From a virus, in the IMG/VR virus record IMGVR_UViG_3300035670_000111, positions 1 through 64,000 of that record: DNA of 64,000 bases; one strand, given 5' to 3'. The first letter of the stretch is position 1, and each line of letters opens with the position of its first letter. Positions 37,542 through 47,299 of this stretch are shown piece after piece. The position numbers and the translations under genes are program-made. The notes under the pieces are model-generated. The model worked only from the letters and a program-made list of their open reading frames with translations, did no database searches and was not told the origin of the DNA.

Positions 37542-39262
37542 GACTTGGCCTCCTCTCCAGTACCAGCAACTTTAGCAGCACGATTTTGAAACTCTTGTTT
37601 AATCTTTTTCTTTGAAAGTTCAAGAGATGGGTATCTAATAAAGGAGATATTTACTACAGACAGCATTGGAACCATTTCTTGGGTAAACATAACGTGTTTT
37701 ACGTCTAAGCTTGCCATGGATCCGTAATACTTTAGATTATTATGTAGATGGAACCAACAAGGAGTACCCGTTATATAACCAAAGTCTGAAGTCTTTCCGT
37801 CGTAGTCTAATAGAGCAGTTTTTCCAGGATCTCCATTTAAAACTCTGTATAAGAACTCAAGATCGTATTCTGTTCCTCTATAAAGGATCCCTTCAATTTC
37901 TTCTTTTCTTAATGCTCTTGGATAACCATTTGTATAGTCTATTCCATTACTTGTTGTTACCGTTGATTTTAAATTTTTTAGGGCGGTCATGTCAACAATG
38001 CGGTTTAAGTAAAGCTCGATGTTTACTGTTGTATTTCCACCAAGAAGGTTTGCGGGATCTTTGCTGTTAAGCATCCAATCTACAGACGTGTTTGTAGTAG
38101 TACCGTAATTCATAGATTGAGGGTTATAGGTAAATCTAAAACCCCACAATTTTCTTTCTCCTTTTGTGGGTTTATTTAGAGCTTCAGCACCATCCGTAGA
38201 CTGGTATATCTTTCCAAGCCGGTTATTTCTATTATTTAATGCGGCTACAACTCCCCTAGGATCTATGGTTACATCGTCCCGTTTATTTATAATTTCTCGC
38301 GTTCTTTCCCCATGACCTACAGATCTAGTGACAAAATGGTTTGGTGGGTTGTACTGAATTTTGTCTAAATCAGGAGGGGGCAAAATTTCTCCAAGAGCTG
38401 GATTAGGGGTTTCTTCTTCCCCGCATACGGCTCTTACAGCCTGTAATAAAACTTCTTGAGCTTGTCCAAAATAGGTATTAGGACCAGTAGCATCTACGGC
38501 TTCTCTTCCTAGGTACTGTTCACGTATTTTTTGACCATTTTTACTGTAGTAAACAAGCGTGGTATCAACTTTACCGCCAGCAACGTTTGTAAGATAAAAC
38601 CCTACCCATTCATTAGTGCATCGATTCCATCGAGCTCTGTCTGCTCCTACAAGAGTTTTTAAGGCTGGCGGGATCTTTGGTTGAGTAGATGCTTTTGTAA
38701 AATTTAAGGTTTTCATCCTAGCATTTGGATATAAACCTATTTCAACAGGCTCAGGATTAAGAGGGTTTTCTTGACTTCCAGCTTCAAGGGTTACTTGTAT
38801 TCTTGGAGTAATAACTCCCTTATCAGTACCGTTTATGAAAAAGGTAAATACTGTGTTTCCTTTTCCTGAAACAGGAGAGCTCTGTCTAACATAATTTCCA
38901 AAACTTTTTGGACAAGTTGCGTAAGAGGCAATGCTGTCTAACCAGCTTTGTAAAACAACTACCCTAACGCCGTCATCATCTCCCAACAAACCTACTGGAT
39001 TTGGACCAAGGCCCGGAGAAGTTTCTTTCCAAACACGTACTTCAAACTTTAATTGGTGCTTATAGTTTACTTGTTTTCCGTTATCTGGCGATAGCCAGTC
39101 TCCAGTTATAATTGGGTCATCATCCCAGCCATATATGCTTGCCCAACCATCAGAGTCTACAGCGTTAGTTGTTTCGACCCCAGTGTTTCCACTGCCTAAG
39201 TTGTCATCTATAAACTCGTAATAGTCAATGGTATAGAAATATCCAGACTCATATGTCGGCAT
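37538..39262 (-). CDS. Tail tube initiator-like baseplate protein with long N-terminal extension
   Basis: GFRF.YNP, G...DL, Y.G...L.V.H..F...MVP in C-terminal part; position after TMP. Confidence 0.65.
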   Translation of the reverse strand: MPTYESGYFYTIDYYEFIDDNLGSGNTGVETTNAVDSDGWASIYGWDDDPIITGDWLSPDNGKQVNYKHQLKFEVRVWKETSPGLGPNPVGLLGDDDGVRVVVLQSWLDSIASYATCPKSFGNYVRQSSPVSGKGNTVFTFFINGTDKGVITPRIQVTLEAGSQENPLNPEPVEIGLYPNARMKTLNFTKASTQPKIPPALKTLVGADRARWNRCTNEWVGFYLTNVAGGKVDTTLVYYSKNGQKIREQYLGREAVDATGPNTYFGQAQEVLLQAVRAVCGEEETPNPALGEILPPPDLDKIQYNPPNHFVTRSVGHGERTREIINKRDDVTIDPRGVVAALNNRNNRLGKIYQSTDGAEALNKPTKGERKLWGFRFTYNPQSMNYGTTTNTSVDWMLNSKDPANLLGGNTTVNIELYLNRIVDMTALKNLKSTVTTSNGIDYTNGYPRALRKEEIEGILYRGTEYDLEFLYRVLNGDPGKTALLDYDGKTSDFGYITGTPCWFHLHNNLKYYGSMASLDVKHVMFTQEMVPMLSVVNISFIRYPSLELSKKKIKQEFQNRAAKVAGTGEEAKS

Positions 39263-42200
39263 TAGTAGATACCTAATCCTTCCCCATACTTAATCTTTGC
39301 TTCTAATCTCTTTAGTACATCGTCGGCAAGTTTGTTTGCTTCTCCAACAGATGCTCTTGCTATATTAACGTTCATGTGTACCTGCACGTCTATTTTAGAG
39401 GACGCATTGAAGTTTGCTCCACTACTTCTTTGAACAACTACAGAAGAACCTTCAGTAGCCAAACCTCCAGAAGAGGAGTTACCCATTGTTTCTGGGCCCC
39501 CACCAATTCCAGATTTTTGAGCTATTCGATTAGCGTCGTCCATCCAATTAAGGAAAGTACCGTCTTTATAAACAGACCAAGGCTCCCAATTTTTTCCGCC
39601 TTTGCTTATTTCAAGCGCTGCTGCAAGATTGTATTTAGGATTTTTTAGTCGAGAAGCATCTCTCCATGGATTACTATAGGATTTCCAATTATTTAAAGAC
39701 CTTATTTGAAACGGCCCATAACTTGGTCCCCACTTACGAGTTACTAAGCTTTTATCTCCAACAGCATCTACTCTTCCACCAGATTCTGCCATAGCTACTG
39801 CAAAAGCAGTTTTTAAGGCGTCTCCTCTAAAACCAGCTTCATAGAGCATACGCATAAAGCCTGCTCTACTTCCTCCGGCTATGCCTTGTTCTCCGCCCCT
39901 ACCCTCAGTATGCCCTGGGTCTAATATATCCTTGTATCTACTATCCTTTGGATTAATTCCGCTCATAAGCCTGTCGTAGTTAACCGGGCCGTTATTTCCA
40001 AACATACTAAGTAATTGCGCTATGGACGGGCTTGTATATTTCTTGCTTAATGGGGTGCCGAAGTCCTCAAGATTTCTACTTTCAGCATTTGTTCCTTTGT
40101 GGCCCGTAAACGTATTTGCTACTGCGCCTACCATTGATTTTAGTCCACTAACAATTTTAGTTCCTACGGCTTTTATAAAGGAGAATGCTTTACCAAAGAA
40201 ACTCTTAGGATTTTCTCTTCCTTGAGCACCGACTCCACCGTGGTCTCTAACTTCAAAGTGAAGGTGAGGACCTGTAGAACTTCCTGCTCCTCGAGCGCCC
40301 TTCTTACCGCCAGACTTTGCAATTACCTGACCTCTTTTTACACGTTGACCTTTTTGAACTAAGATCTCGCTTAAGTGGGCATACAGAGTCGATTTAACTT
40401 GATGTTTAATAATTATATAGAATCCGTATTGTGCATGAGTCCCAGTCTCGTAGACTATTCCGTCAGCTGCGGCTTGTACAGGACTTCCTACTGCAACTGC
40501 GTAGTCAATACCTCTGTGATTAGAACTAATGCCTGGATTCTTTCTTGCTGCTTCTGCGCGAGGGCCATAATCAGAACTAATACGTGTACCTGGTTTTACA
40601 GGTGGTTGAAAAACTTTACCGTATTGTGCTGGAGCTCCGCCGCCATCTCCACCAATACCATGTGAGCAACCCATATTTCCGTGGTTGCACCCGCCGCCAT
40701 CTCCGCCCATACCAGCAAGGGTTTGTCCAACACCTATAGCTGTACCTATTGCAGCACCTATACCAGTTCCTATTACTGGTATAAAGCTTCCAATAGCTGC
40801 GCCAGTAAGGGCCATACCGCCAATATTTGCTGCGGCAAGGCCGGCTTTTCTTACGCCTGGACTTACTTTTTCTCCAAATAACGCGTCTAATCCTTCAGCA
40901 CCTAGTACTGCAGCTATTGATCCAAGCGTTAATTTACCTTTTGAAGATTTAAGTAGTTTTAATAGTGCTGCTCTTTTTGTAAGTGCTGCTGCACCAGTAG
41001 CTGTAGCTGCTGTTGCTCCAGCCGCAGCGGCTCCTGCGCTAACTCCTCCAGCTGCCATCGCACCTGTTCCCATAAAACCAGCTTTGCCTCCAACACCTAA
41101 CATACGGGCAGTTAAACCTAATTGGAGTGCACTTCCAGCCGCGCCTGCCATCATGCCGCCTAAACCAGATAAGGTAGCGCCTGTGTTTCCAGCCCCAGGT
41201 AAAGTTTGTAAAATTCCTTTTAGAGTCATCAAGCCATCGTTTACTGGACCTAAGATGTCAGCCATAGTGCTAAACGCATCGTTTACAGACGCGGTTGTTC
41301 TTAGGGAGACGTTGTAGCCACCTACTAATCCTTCTTCGGTAGCTTGAAGTTTTCTTGCCTCAGAGGTGTTGTATCTAAACTGAGCACGGAGCGGGCTTTC
41401 TTTTCCAACGCCCATAATGTCTAATGCTCTGTTAGGATCTGATAAATCTTTTTTAGTTAGGGAAGAGCCTTTACTTGCTCTTGCAATAATTCCCATCTGT
41501 AGCTGTTGCAATAGCTCTGGATTTCCTCCAGAGAGTTGCATGAGGGTCGCATAGCCTTTAGATCCTGGATTAAGGACCATCATGGCTTGCTCTTTAGTTA
41601 TCTTACGTCCGCCATATAGGAAGCCATATGCCTGATTAACAAGCTGGTTAGGAGCAACGAGGTTTCCTTGGCGATCACGTGCTCGTATACCCGCACGTAA
41701 GAAGCTCATCGCATTTATTCCAGCAAATGCGCCAGCTACTTGTTCATTAGACGCTCCGGTCAAAGCAGACATACCGCCTACTTGACCCATAATGCGTCGT
41801 GAGCTTAAAGTGTTAGCTAAATATCCGCCCTGATAGCCCAGCGTAGCTGCAGCCGCAGTAGGTCCCATGGCGCTAGTTGCACCGCCACCTACTAGCCTAT
41901 TAGACTGTGCTATTAGGCCTTGAGCACCCATCCCGCTGAGTCCAGCAAGAGAATCAGCGTAGATTCTTTGTGTAACGGCGGACATGGTGTTTGGAGCCAT
42001 GCTGTACGCTGTAGCTCCAGCAGCAAGGCCAATAACGCCCAAGCCCATGGCTTGCTGTTGACGTCTAGTTCCGCTACTAAAAGCACCTAAACCTAGTGTT
42101 TGACCGCCAACACCTTTGTTCCCGGTTGTGGCTTCAAGTAAAAGATCGCGGTATTCTCTGGCGTTCTTAACTAGCTTTTCAGAATAATCTACAAGTTTTT

Positions 42201-42312
42201 TCATGCCCGCATCGCTCTTAGAAAATACTTTATCTAAGACTCCGGGCATGGATGTAAAGTTTTCGGAGTCCGAAGCTCCGACCATATTCTGTCCACCGGG
42301 TGGAGTTGCCAT
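39262..42312 (-). CDS. Tape measure protein with M23 peptidase and SLT/lysozyme-like domains
   Basis: G/A-rich helical N-terminus; HRGID, YAHL, GPHLHFE (M23); AESGG, GPFQI, W.PW (transglycosylase). Confidence 0.9.
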   Translation of the reverse strand: MATPPGGQNMVGASDSENFTSMPGVLDKVFSKSDAGMKKLVDYSEKLVKNAREYRDLLLEATTGNKGVGGQTLGLGAFSSGTRRQQQAMGLGVIGLAAGATAYSMAPNTMSAVTQRIYADSLAGLSGMGAQGLIAQSNRLVGGGATSAMGPTAAAATLGYQGGYLANTLSSRRIMGQVGGMSALTGASNEQVAGAFAGINAMSFLRAGIRARDRQGNLVAPNQLVNQAYGFLYGGRKITKEQAMMVLNPGSKGYATLMQLSGGNPELLQQLQMGIIARASKGSSLTKKDLSDPNRALDIMGVGKESPLRAQFRYNTSEARKLQATEEGLVGGYNVSLRTTASVNDAFSTMADILGPVNDGLMTLKGILQTLPGAGNTGATLSGLGGMMAGAAGSALQLGLTARMLGVGGKAGFMGTGAMAAGGVSAGAAAAGATAATATGAAALTKRAALLKLLKSSKGKLTLGSIAAVLGAEGLDALFGEKVSPGVRKAGLAAANIGGMALTGAAIGSFIPVIGTGIGAAIGTAIGVGQTLAGMGGDGGGCNHGNMGCSHGIGGDGGGAPAQYGKVFQPPVKPGTRISSDYGPRAEAARKNPGISSNHRGIDYAVAVGSPVQAAADGIVYETGTHAQYGFYIIIKHQVKSTLYAHLSEILVQKGQRVKRGQVIAKSGGKKGARGAGSSTGPHLHFEVRDHGGVGAQGRENPKSFFGKAFSFIKAVGTKIVSGLKSMVGAVANTFTGHKGTNAESRNLEDFGTPLSKKYTSPSIAQLLSMFGNNGPVNYDRLMSGINPKDSRYKDILDPGHTEGRGGEQGIAGGSRAGFMRMLYEAGFRGDALKTAFAVAMAESGGRVDAVGDKSLVTRKWGPSYGPFQIRSLNNWKSYSNPWRDASRLKNPKYNLAAALEISKGGKNWEPWSVYKDGTFLNWMDDANRIAQKSGIGGGPETMGNSSSGGLATEGSSVVVQRSSGANFNASSKIDVQVHMNVNIARASVGEANKLADDVLKRLEAKIKYGEGLGIY

Positions 42313-42471
42313 TAATTCACCGCCTTAGGTCTGCTCATAGCTTTGTCTAACCACATCATTCTTTCTCTAAACGACAACGATTTAATATCGCTTAAAGACC
42401 ATCCTGGATAGAAGTACACTAAATAGTTATAGGCCTCTATAACTAATTCGTAACTTGTTTCATTCTCGAAA
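42312..42471 (-). CDS. Tail assembly chaperone C-terminal extension (gpT-like), reached by frameshift
   Basis: +1 frame FENETSYELVIEAYNYLVYFYPGWSLSDIKSLSFRERMMWLDKAMSRPKAVN*, coupled to TMP start by TAATG; no start codon of its own before the internal GTG. Confidence 0.75.
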
Positions 42472-43275
42472 CAAGTCTGCCAGGGTTAGTGGCAGTGGTA
42501 CCTCCGCTTCGCAAGATGTGCACGATTTCTTTATTTCGCTAAGTTGTGGTCCGGGGTTGCGGTCTGTTATGGCCTTGATTAAATCACGGCGATCTTTAAG
42601 ACTTAGGTCCTTGATCTGCTGTACGTTGAGTACAGGCATGCCGTTTATGGATTCAATACAGCTCTTTAACAAGATGGTGTCTAGTTCAGCTGCATTCTTA
42701 TTTGTTGCATTTACTAGCGCTTTTTGAGCGCTTCCGGTAGGAAGTCCTACCGTTACTTTTCCTACTTTGCAATCAAGTGTAAAAACTCGGTCTGACTCAT
42801 CTAGAGTTTTTGTCTCTACGTCTGTGCTTAGGTCTATCTCAAAGGTCTGCTCTTCTCCGCAGCTAGTGCAGATAGGCATTACTTTTACCTTAGGTCCAAA
42901 CGTTGCAACTCGGATTGCAAGAAGCAAGGCTTCTCGATCTCCGGCTAGAAGAGAATCTAAAGTCTCTTTGTCAGCAGGCTTATCGCCTACTTTTACTGTA
43001 GCTCTTTCTAGAATAGTCAATAGAGCTTTTCCAGGGTCTCCTATGCGAGCAATGATCTCTTCATCGGATCCGGTAAGTTCTCTAATTTCAGCAGTATTTA
43101 TAGTTCCGTCAAAAGGATCTGTTAATCCTCCTGGAAGAACTACTGATGTATCAGGTGGTAGCGACACTTCTACTTTTGGTGTTGGTGTCGCTACCTCCTG
43201 AGCAGAAGTAGCTTCTGCTACAAGCTTATTTGCAAGTGCAGGGTTATTTGATGCGCTGATAGTTTCTGTAGCCAT
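42460..43275 (-). CDS. Tail assembly chaperone (T4 gp26/gp51-like, CxxC pairs)
   Basis: RELTG.DEE, GDR..LL..IR..T.G, CTSC twice, terminal LF. Confidence 0.8.
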   Translation of the reverse strand: MATETISASNNPALANKLVAEATSAQEVATPTPKVEVSLPPDTSVVLPGGLTDPFDGTINTAEIRELTGSDEEIIARIGDPGKALLTILERATVKVGDKPADKETLDSLLAGDREALLLAIRVATFGPKVKVMPICTSCGEEQTFEIDLSTDVETKTLDESDRVFTLDCKVGKVTVGLPTGSAQKALVNATNKNAAELDTILLKSCIESINGMPVLNVQQIKDLSLKDRRDLIKAITDRNPGPQLSEIKKSCTSCEAEVPLPLTLADLFRE

Positions 43276-43296
43276 TTAGTTTACCTTTTCTTTATT

Positions 43297-43935
43297 TTAC
43301 AGTGCTGAAATTACTGTAGTGTCTGAGAGCTTCTGTGCAGAACCTGACTGAGTGTAGTTCTTAGCAAAGGTTACATCGAAGCCTTCGTGTACAAGAGTAA
43401 TTGATTCAACGAGCAGGGTGTTTGATCCAGCATCAAGATCGCTGTAGGACAACGAAGTTATCCAAGCGTTGTTAACACGGAATCGAACAGATGCATGTTG
43501 ATCATATGCAGTATCCACTGCAGCTGTGCCACCAGATCCAGCGTATGCTGCTGGGTTTGGATGGCTTAGTACTGCGATATCTAGATCGCAGCGGAAGTCC
43601 GCACCAATTCCACTGGTTGCATTTGGAGTCAACACAGAGAATAGACGGCGCATCCAACGAGCATGAGAATCATTACCAAGCATTACTCCCTTTGATAGGG
43701 TGATTGGTGTAAATGAGCTCTGTCCAGGAATCTGGTGGAAGTTAGTGTTATAGCCACCTTCACGGTAAGCTATAGACTCAGTAGAGACACTTAGTCCAGA
43801 AAGAGAGACGAAACCCATCTTTCCAAAGGAAGATCCCCACTTAGAATCGTTAGTTTGAGGGAGAAATTCAACCACAAACTTAAAATTACGTACCGGATCT
43901 GTTAAGAGGGTACTGAGGGTGTTATTTACGGGCAT
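43297..43935 (-). CDS. Tail tube protein (T4 gp19-like)
   Basis: DP.RNF.F.V, GF..SGL, YREGG, ITL.KG, W...L.YSDL.A, L.HEG. Confidence 0.93.
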   Translation of the reverse strand: MPVNNTLSTLLTDPVRNFKFVVEFLPQTNDSKWGSSFGKMGFVSLSGLSVSTESIAYREGGYNTNFHQIPGQSSFTPITLSKGVMLGNDSHARWMRRLFSVLTPNATSGIGADFRCDLDIAVLSHPNPAAYAGSGGTAAVDTAYDQHASVRFRVNNAWITSLSYSDLDAGSNTLLVESITLVHEGFDVTFAKNYTQSGSAQKLSDTTVISAL

Positions 43936-43949
43936 CTTTATCTATCTCC

Positions 43950-45509
43950 TTATGCCGAAGCTGTTCCGGTTATCTGACCAAGCTTGATCACAATAAACTC
44001 AGCTGGATACTCAAGGGCCACGCCAACTTCAATGTTAACACGACCATTTTGGATATCAGACTGGCTTGTTGTGCTTGCATCTACTTTTACGTAGTAAGCC
44101 TTGTCTGGACTGGATCCACGCAATCCGCCTTGCTGCCAGTAGCCACGTAGGAACGAGCCAAGGGCAACACGTAATTGAGACCACAGACGTTCGCTGTTGT
44201 TCTCAAATATTGCGAATGCGCTTCTATCAGTCAATTCTTTCTTAATATAGGTAAGAGAACGACGTACGCTGATGTAGCGATCTCCTGGAGTATTGTTCAG
44301 GGTGCGAGCGCCCATTACAACAATTCCGTTTCCAGGAACTTGGCGGATAGCGTTTACTGGAACTGCACCAGTATTTAGGTCATCCAACTCAACGTTGGTG
44401 AACTGACGCTCCGTTGCTACAGCTAGTGCTACGCGGTTTGTCAAACCTGCAGGGGCTTTGAAAACTCCGCGAGAAGCATCTGTAGCCAAGAACTGGCCCA
44501 TCATTGCTGCTCCTGGAGCTTGAGCTCTTGTTGCTCCGCCAGATGCACGTAGAGTGTCTGGAATAAGCAACCATGGGAAGTACGCGGCAGCGCATCCTCC
44601 GTCTGAATCTGGTGCAGCAGCCTTAACCTCTGTAAAGAATGTCTTAGCTGTTGCTACGGTTTCTCCGATAGGTGAATCAATAATTGCAAATGCGTCTCCG
44701 CGAAGCTCGCAATAGTTGATTAGATCCCCCTGGATATTTATCGCAAGGGTTCTTTCTGTACTTGTTCCTGTTGGAGTGTAGATATATGCTGCAGCAGGAA
44801 TGTTAAATAGAAGGGGATTCTGAATAGCGTCAAAAGTAGCTAGAGCTACAGAGTAATCAGTTCTGCTTGGAGCTGATCCATTTACGCCACCAGTTAGATC
44901 CTTTAGACCATCAATTTCTGGAAGATCGTCAGGAGAAACAGAAGCAGAGTTTTGATCCGCTACTGTTACGTATGCTGAAGAAGAATTTATGACAGATACC
45001 ACATAACGAGGATCTGTTGAGTCCATGCTTAGATCAGTAAATTGTTCAAGAAGATTTGAATTAGCTACAGAGCCAATTGGAGCTCCATAAACTAAAAGAG
45101 TGAATCTATTGCTAGTTCCTGCTTCTTGTACTTCTACTGCAAGGTCATTTCCCCATGCTCCTTGGTTAGCTGCTCGAACCAAGAGGGTGTTCAATGCTGA
45201 GTTTGAACGGTCTGTCAATACTACAGAGGCCTGCGCTGCTCCTGAGCCTAGAATACGTCGCACATAAAGCTGACGACCACCATTGGCAAAGAAGTTGTAT
45301 GCTGCCCATGTAGTTGGGTATGCGTCTTCAAGACTTCCAAAAGTCTTGACAAATTGTGTCCAAGAAGTTACAAGAACTGGAGTTACTGATGGTCCCTTTG
45401 CAAGGGTACCCACCAAAGCTCCTGCTGCCGTGCCCACATCTGCAAGCGCGACTTCTTGAGGAAGCTCAACTTCTTGAATAAAGACGCCTGGTCTACTATA
45501 TGTAGCCAT
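43950..45509 (-). CDS. Tail sheath protein
   Basis: Y.RPGVFIQE, FF.NGG, GV.KAPA, GARTL, YI.VRR, FE.N, PAEFI. Confidence 0.96.
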   Translation of the reverse strand: MATYSRPGVFIQEVELPQEVALADVGTAAGALVGTLAKGPSVTPVLVTSWTQFVKTFGSLEDAYPTTWAAYNFFANGGRQLYVRRILGSGAAQASVVLTDRSNSALNTLLVRAANQGAWGNDLAVEVQEAGTSNRFTLLVYGAPIGSVANSNLLEQFTDLSMDSTDPRYVVSVINSSSAYVTVADQNSASVSPDDLPEIDGLKDLTGGVNGSAPSRTDYSVALATFDAIQNPLLFNIPAAAYIYTPTGTSTERTLAINIQGDLINYCELRGDAFAIIDSPIGETVATAKTFFTEVKAAAPDSDGGCAAAYFPWLLIPDTLRASGGATRAQAPGAAMMGQFLATDASRGVFKAPAGLTNRVALAVATERQFTNVELDDLNTGAVPVNAIRQVPGNGIVVMGARTLNNTPGDRYISVRRSLTYIKKELTDRSAFAIFENNSERLWSQLRVALGSFLRGYWQQGGLRGSSPDKAYYVKVDASTTSQSDIQNGRVNIEVGVALEYPAEFIVIKLGQITGTASA

Positions 45510-45552
45510 TCGATTTTACTCCTTACTGTTAGGTTTTCTTTGGGTTCCGAAT

Positions 45553-46152
45553 TTATATCTCTATTGGTTCGAAGTCTGTAAATTGCTCTTCTAGTGTGAT
45601 GTTTGGTGGTGTTAGCACTTCGTATACTTGGTTCAACTGAGCTGGGAGGAATTCCGAGCTAACTTGAACATTGTAGATATTACTGAACAGTCTTTTATCT
45701 TGTTCTGTAGTATCTCGTTTAACGAACCCCAGCACATCTACCCTGCGTACAGTGCCATCTTCAGGGATTTGTAGGAGTCCGAACCTAAGTGGTAAACGAC
45801 CTGGAGCAAATAACGCATTGATTATTTGTCGATCATGTCGTGGTTGACGAGAGTATGTAGTTATCTGATATAACAAGTTAACTGGTATTGGATACCAACC
45901 CTCGTACTCTTCTTCTGAATCTGCTCCTTCTGGAAGATATCCATAAGGAACATAGCCTCTGTGTGCTCGTTCAAAAGCTTCATTTATTCCAACAAGCTCA
46001 ATTGTAATGTATGGGTAGCTCTGTTGACGGATCTCAACGTCTGGCTGACCAAACCAAACCCCTACAGATCTGGTTGGATTCCCGGAATCCGCAACAGTTA
46101 TGCCAGATAGCAGAGTCTTTAGAGCTTGATCTTCATTTATTAAATAAGGCAT
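45553..46152 (-). CDS. Tail completion/terminator protein
   Basis: YP.ITI.L, P.NL.YQIT; position before sheath. Confidence 0.65.
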   Translation of the reverse strand: MPYLINEDQALKTLLSGITVADSGNPTRSVGVWFGQPDVEIRQQSYPYITIELVGINEAFERAHRGYVPYGYLPEGADSEEEYEGWYPIPVNLLYQITTYSRQPRHDRQIINALFAPGRLPLRFGLLQIPEDGTVRRVDVLGFVKRDTTEQDKRLFSNIYNVQVSSEFLPAQLNQVYEVLTPPNITLEEQFTDFEPIEI

Positions 46153-46475
46153 CAGATCAACCTAGCCTTCTTTAAATGTTTTTCTATCTCATTTTCCATA
46201 CCAGTCTGGTACAGATCTTGAAGAAAAGTTCGTATGGCAGGGGCTGGAGGGATTGACTGGGTGCCGTATTCCAGGGTCAGAATTGAGTTTTTAAACATAG
46301 GTGGGTATTGGACGACGTATTCCCCGTCCTCGATACTTACACGTAGATGTGAAGAGACTTCTGCAGGCCAACCTAAATCTTTGGCAAAGTCTCTAAGCTC
46401 CATAGTTAACTCTGAAGCTGAGTCTTCTGCCGCTTCTGCGTACGCCTTTACTAAGAATTTGGAGAGTGGATTCAC
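46152..46475 (-). CDS. HK97 gp10-like neck protein
   Basis: LEYGT..IPP.P.IR motif. Confidence 0.6.
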   Translation of the reverse strand: MNPLSKFLVKAYAEAAEDSASELTMELRDFAKDLGWPAEVSSHLRVSIEDGEYVVQYPPMFKNSILTLEYGTQSIPPAPAIRTFLQDLYQTGMENEIEKHLKKARLI

Positions 46476-46627
46476 TTATTCCGAATCCTATTCGTGAGTA
46501 GATACCCTGCAACAAGGCCAACAAGAAGGGGTTTCTTGGTGTCTTTGAGGTTAGCTAAACCACGAATGAATTCTTCTTTATCGGCTTGGGTCTCAGCCCT
46601 ATTTAGCCGGTTAATAAGTGCAATCAT
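46472..46627 (-). CDS. 51-aa protein with hydrophobic C-terminal segment, first gene of the tail operon
   Basis: GGAGG RBS; MIALINRLNRAETQADKEEFIRGLANLKDTKKPLLVGLVAGYLLTNRIRNK; GTGA coupling. Confidence 0.75.
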   Translation of the reverse strand: MIALINRLNRAETQADKEEFIRGLANLKDTKKPLLVGLVAGYLLTNRIRNK

Positions 46628-46629
46628 AA

Positions 46630-46695
46630 TTCCTCCATTGAGGCGCAAGGTAAAGCAGCAGGGTTCCGGGTTTCCCCGGCGTCAATCCAAGGATA
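46630..46695 (-). promoter_or_regulatory. -10 element (TATCCT) and structured 5' leader of the tail operon
   Basis: CCGGG-GAAA-CCCGG GNRA hairpin enclosed by ATTGA-CGC/GCG-CC-TCAAT next to the SD. Confidence 0.5.
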
Positions 46696-46697
46696 AA

Positions 46698-46721
46698 GAA
46701 AAAGCCCCCATATTGGGGGCT
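46698..46721 (-). terminator. Intrinsic terminator
   Basis: AGCCCCCA-ATA-TGGGGGCT followed by TTTTCTTT. Confidence 0.8.
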
Positions 46722-46727
46722 AAATTC

Positions 46728-47048
46728 TTACTTCTTTTTCTTCTTTTCCCGCTTCTCTTCGGCCTTTTCGCCCTTCTTGCCCTCTTTCTTTTCGTGGGCT
46801 TTTTCCTTCTTTTCTATGCCTTTGATAATCTTCTTGTCAATAGCGATATCTTTACGCATAGTCTTAGGGTTGGCTTTTTTGCCGTGAGCTTTGTCTTTCT
46901 TTTCAAACTCTTCTTTTTGTTCTTTGTCAAGCTTCCTGGTTAGGTAAGCATCGACCGGTTCGTCCTTGGACTTGACGTACTTGCCCTTCATCATCTTAGC
47001 CTTAGGCTTTTTCATTAGGGTCTTCTTTCTGACAGGTGCAGCCACCAC
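46728..47048 (-). CDS. K/E-rich basic protein
   Basis: ORF ending at the terminator; start uncertain. Confidence 0.7.
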   Translation of the reverse strand: MVAAPVRKKTLMKKPKAKMMKGKYVKSKDEPVDAYLTRKLDKEQKEEFEKKDKAHGKKANPKTMRKDIAIDKKIIKGIEKKEKAHEKKEGKKGEKAEEKREKKKKK

Positions 47049-47057
47049 AGCCGCAGG

Positions 47058-47162
47058 TTACTTCTTCTTGCTCTGGCGAGCTGATTTGCACGTGTTGCAG
47101 CGGCATTTGCATCCTTTCATAGCTTTGGACTTAGTACATTTACAACCACAGGAAGCACACAT
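47058..47162 (-). CDS. 34-aa metallothionein-like protein (8 Cys)
   Basis: MCASCGCKCTKSKAMKGCKCRCNTCKSARQSKKK; TAATG coupling. Confidence 0.7.
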   Translation of the reverse strand: MCASCGCKCTKSKAMKGCKCRCNTCKSARQSKKK

Positions 47163-47299
47163 TATTTTTTACCTTTCTTAGGGGCAGGTACCTTAGATTT
47201 TCCTTTACCCTCCGGCACACAGTTAGGGACTTTCTTACCAGCTTGGCTTTTAAAGCCCACCTGGACATAACCTTTCCAGCAGGGATTACTTTTTGCCAT
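47162..47299 (-). CDS. 45-aa basic protein with CW.GY...VPNCVP motif
   Basis: MAKSNPCWKGYVQVGFKSQAGKKVPNCVPEGKGKSKVPAPKKGKK. Confidence 0.8.
   Translation of the reverse strand: MAKSNPCWKGYVQVGFKSQAGKKVPNCVPEGKGKSKVPAPKKGKK

Noticed and set aside
40685-41317. 210-aa plus-strand Ala/Pro-rich ORF and other plus-strand ORFs
   Set aside because: Antisense shadows of Gly/Ala-rich minus-strand genes; no recognisable motifs
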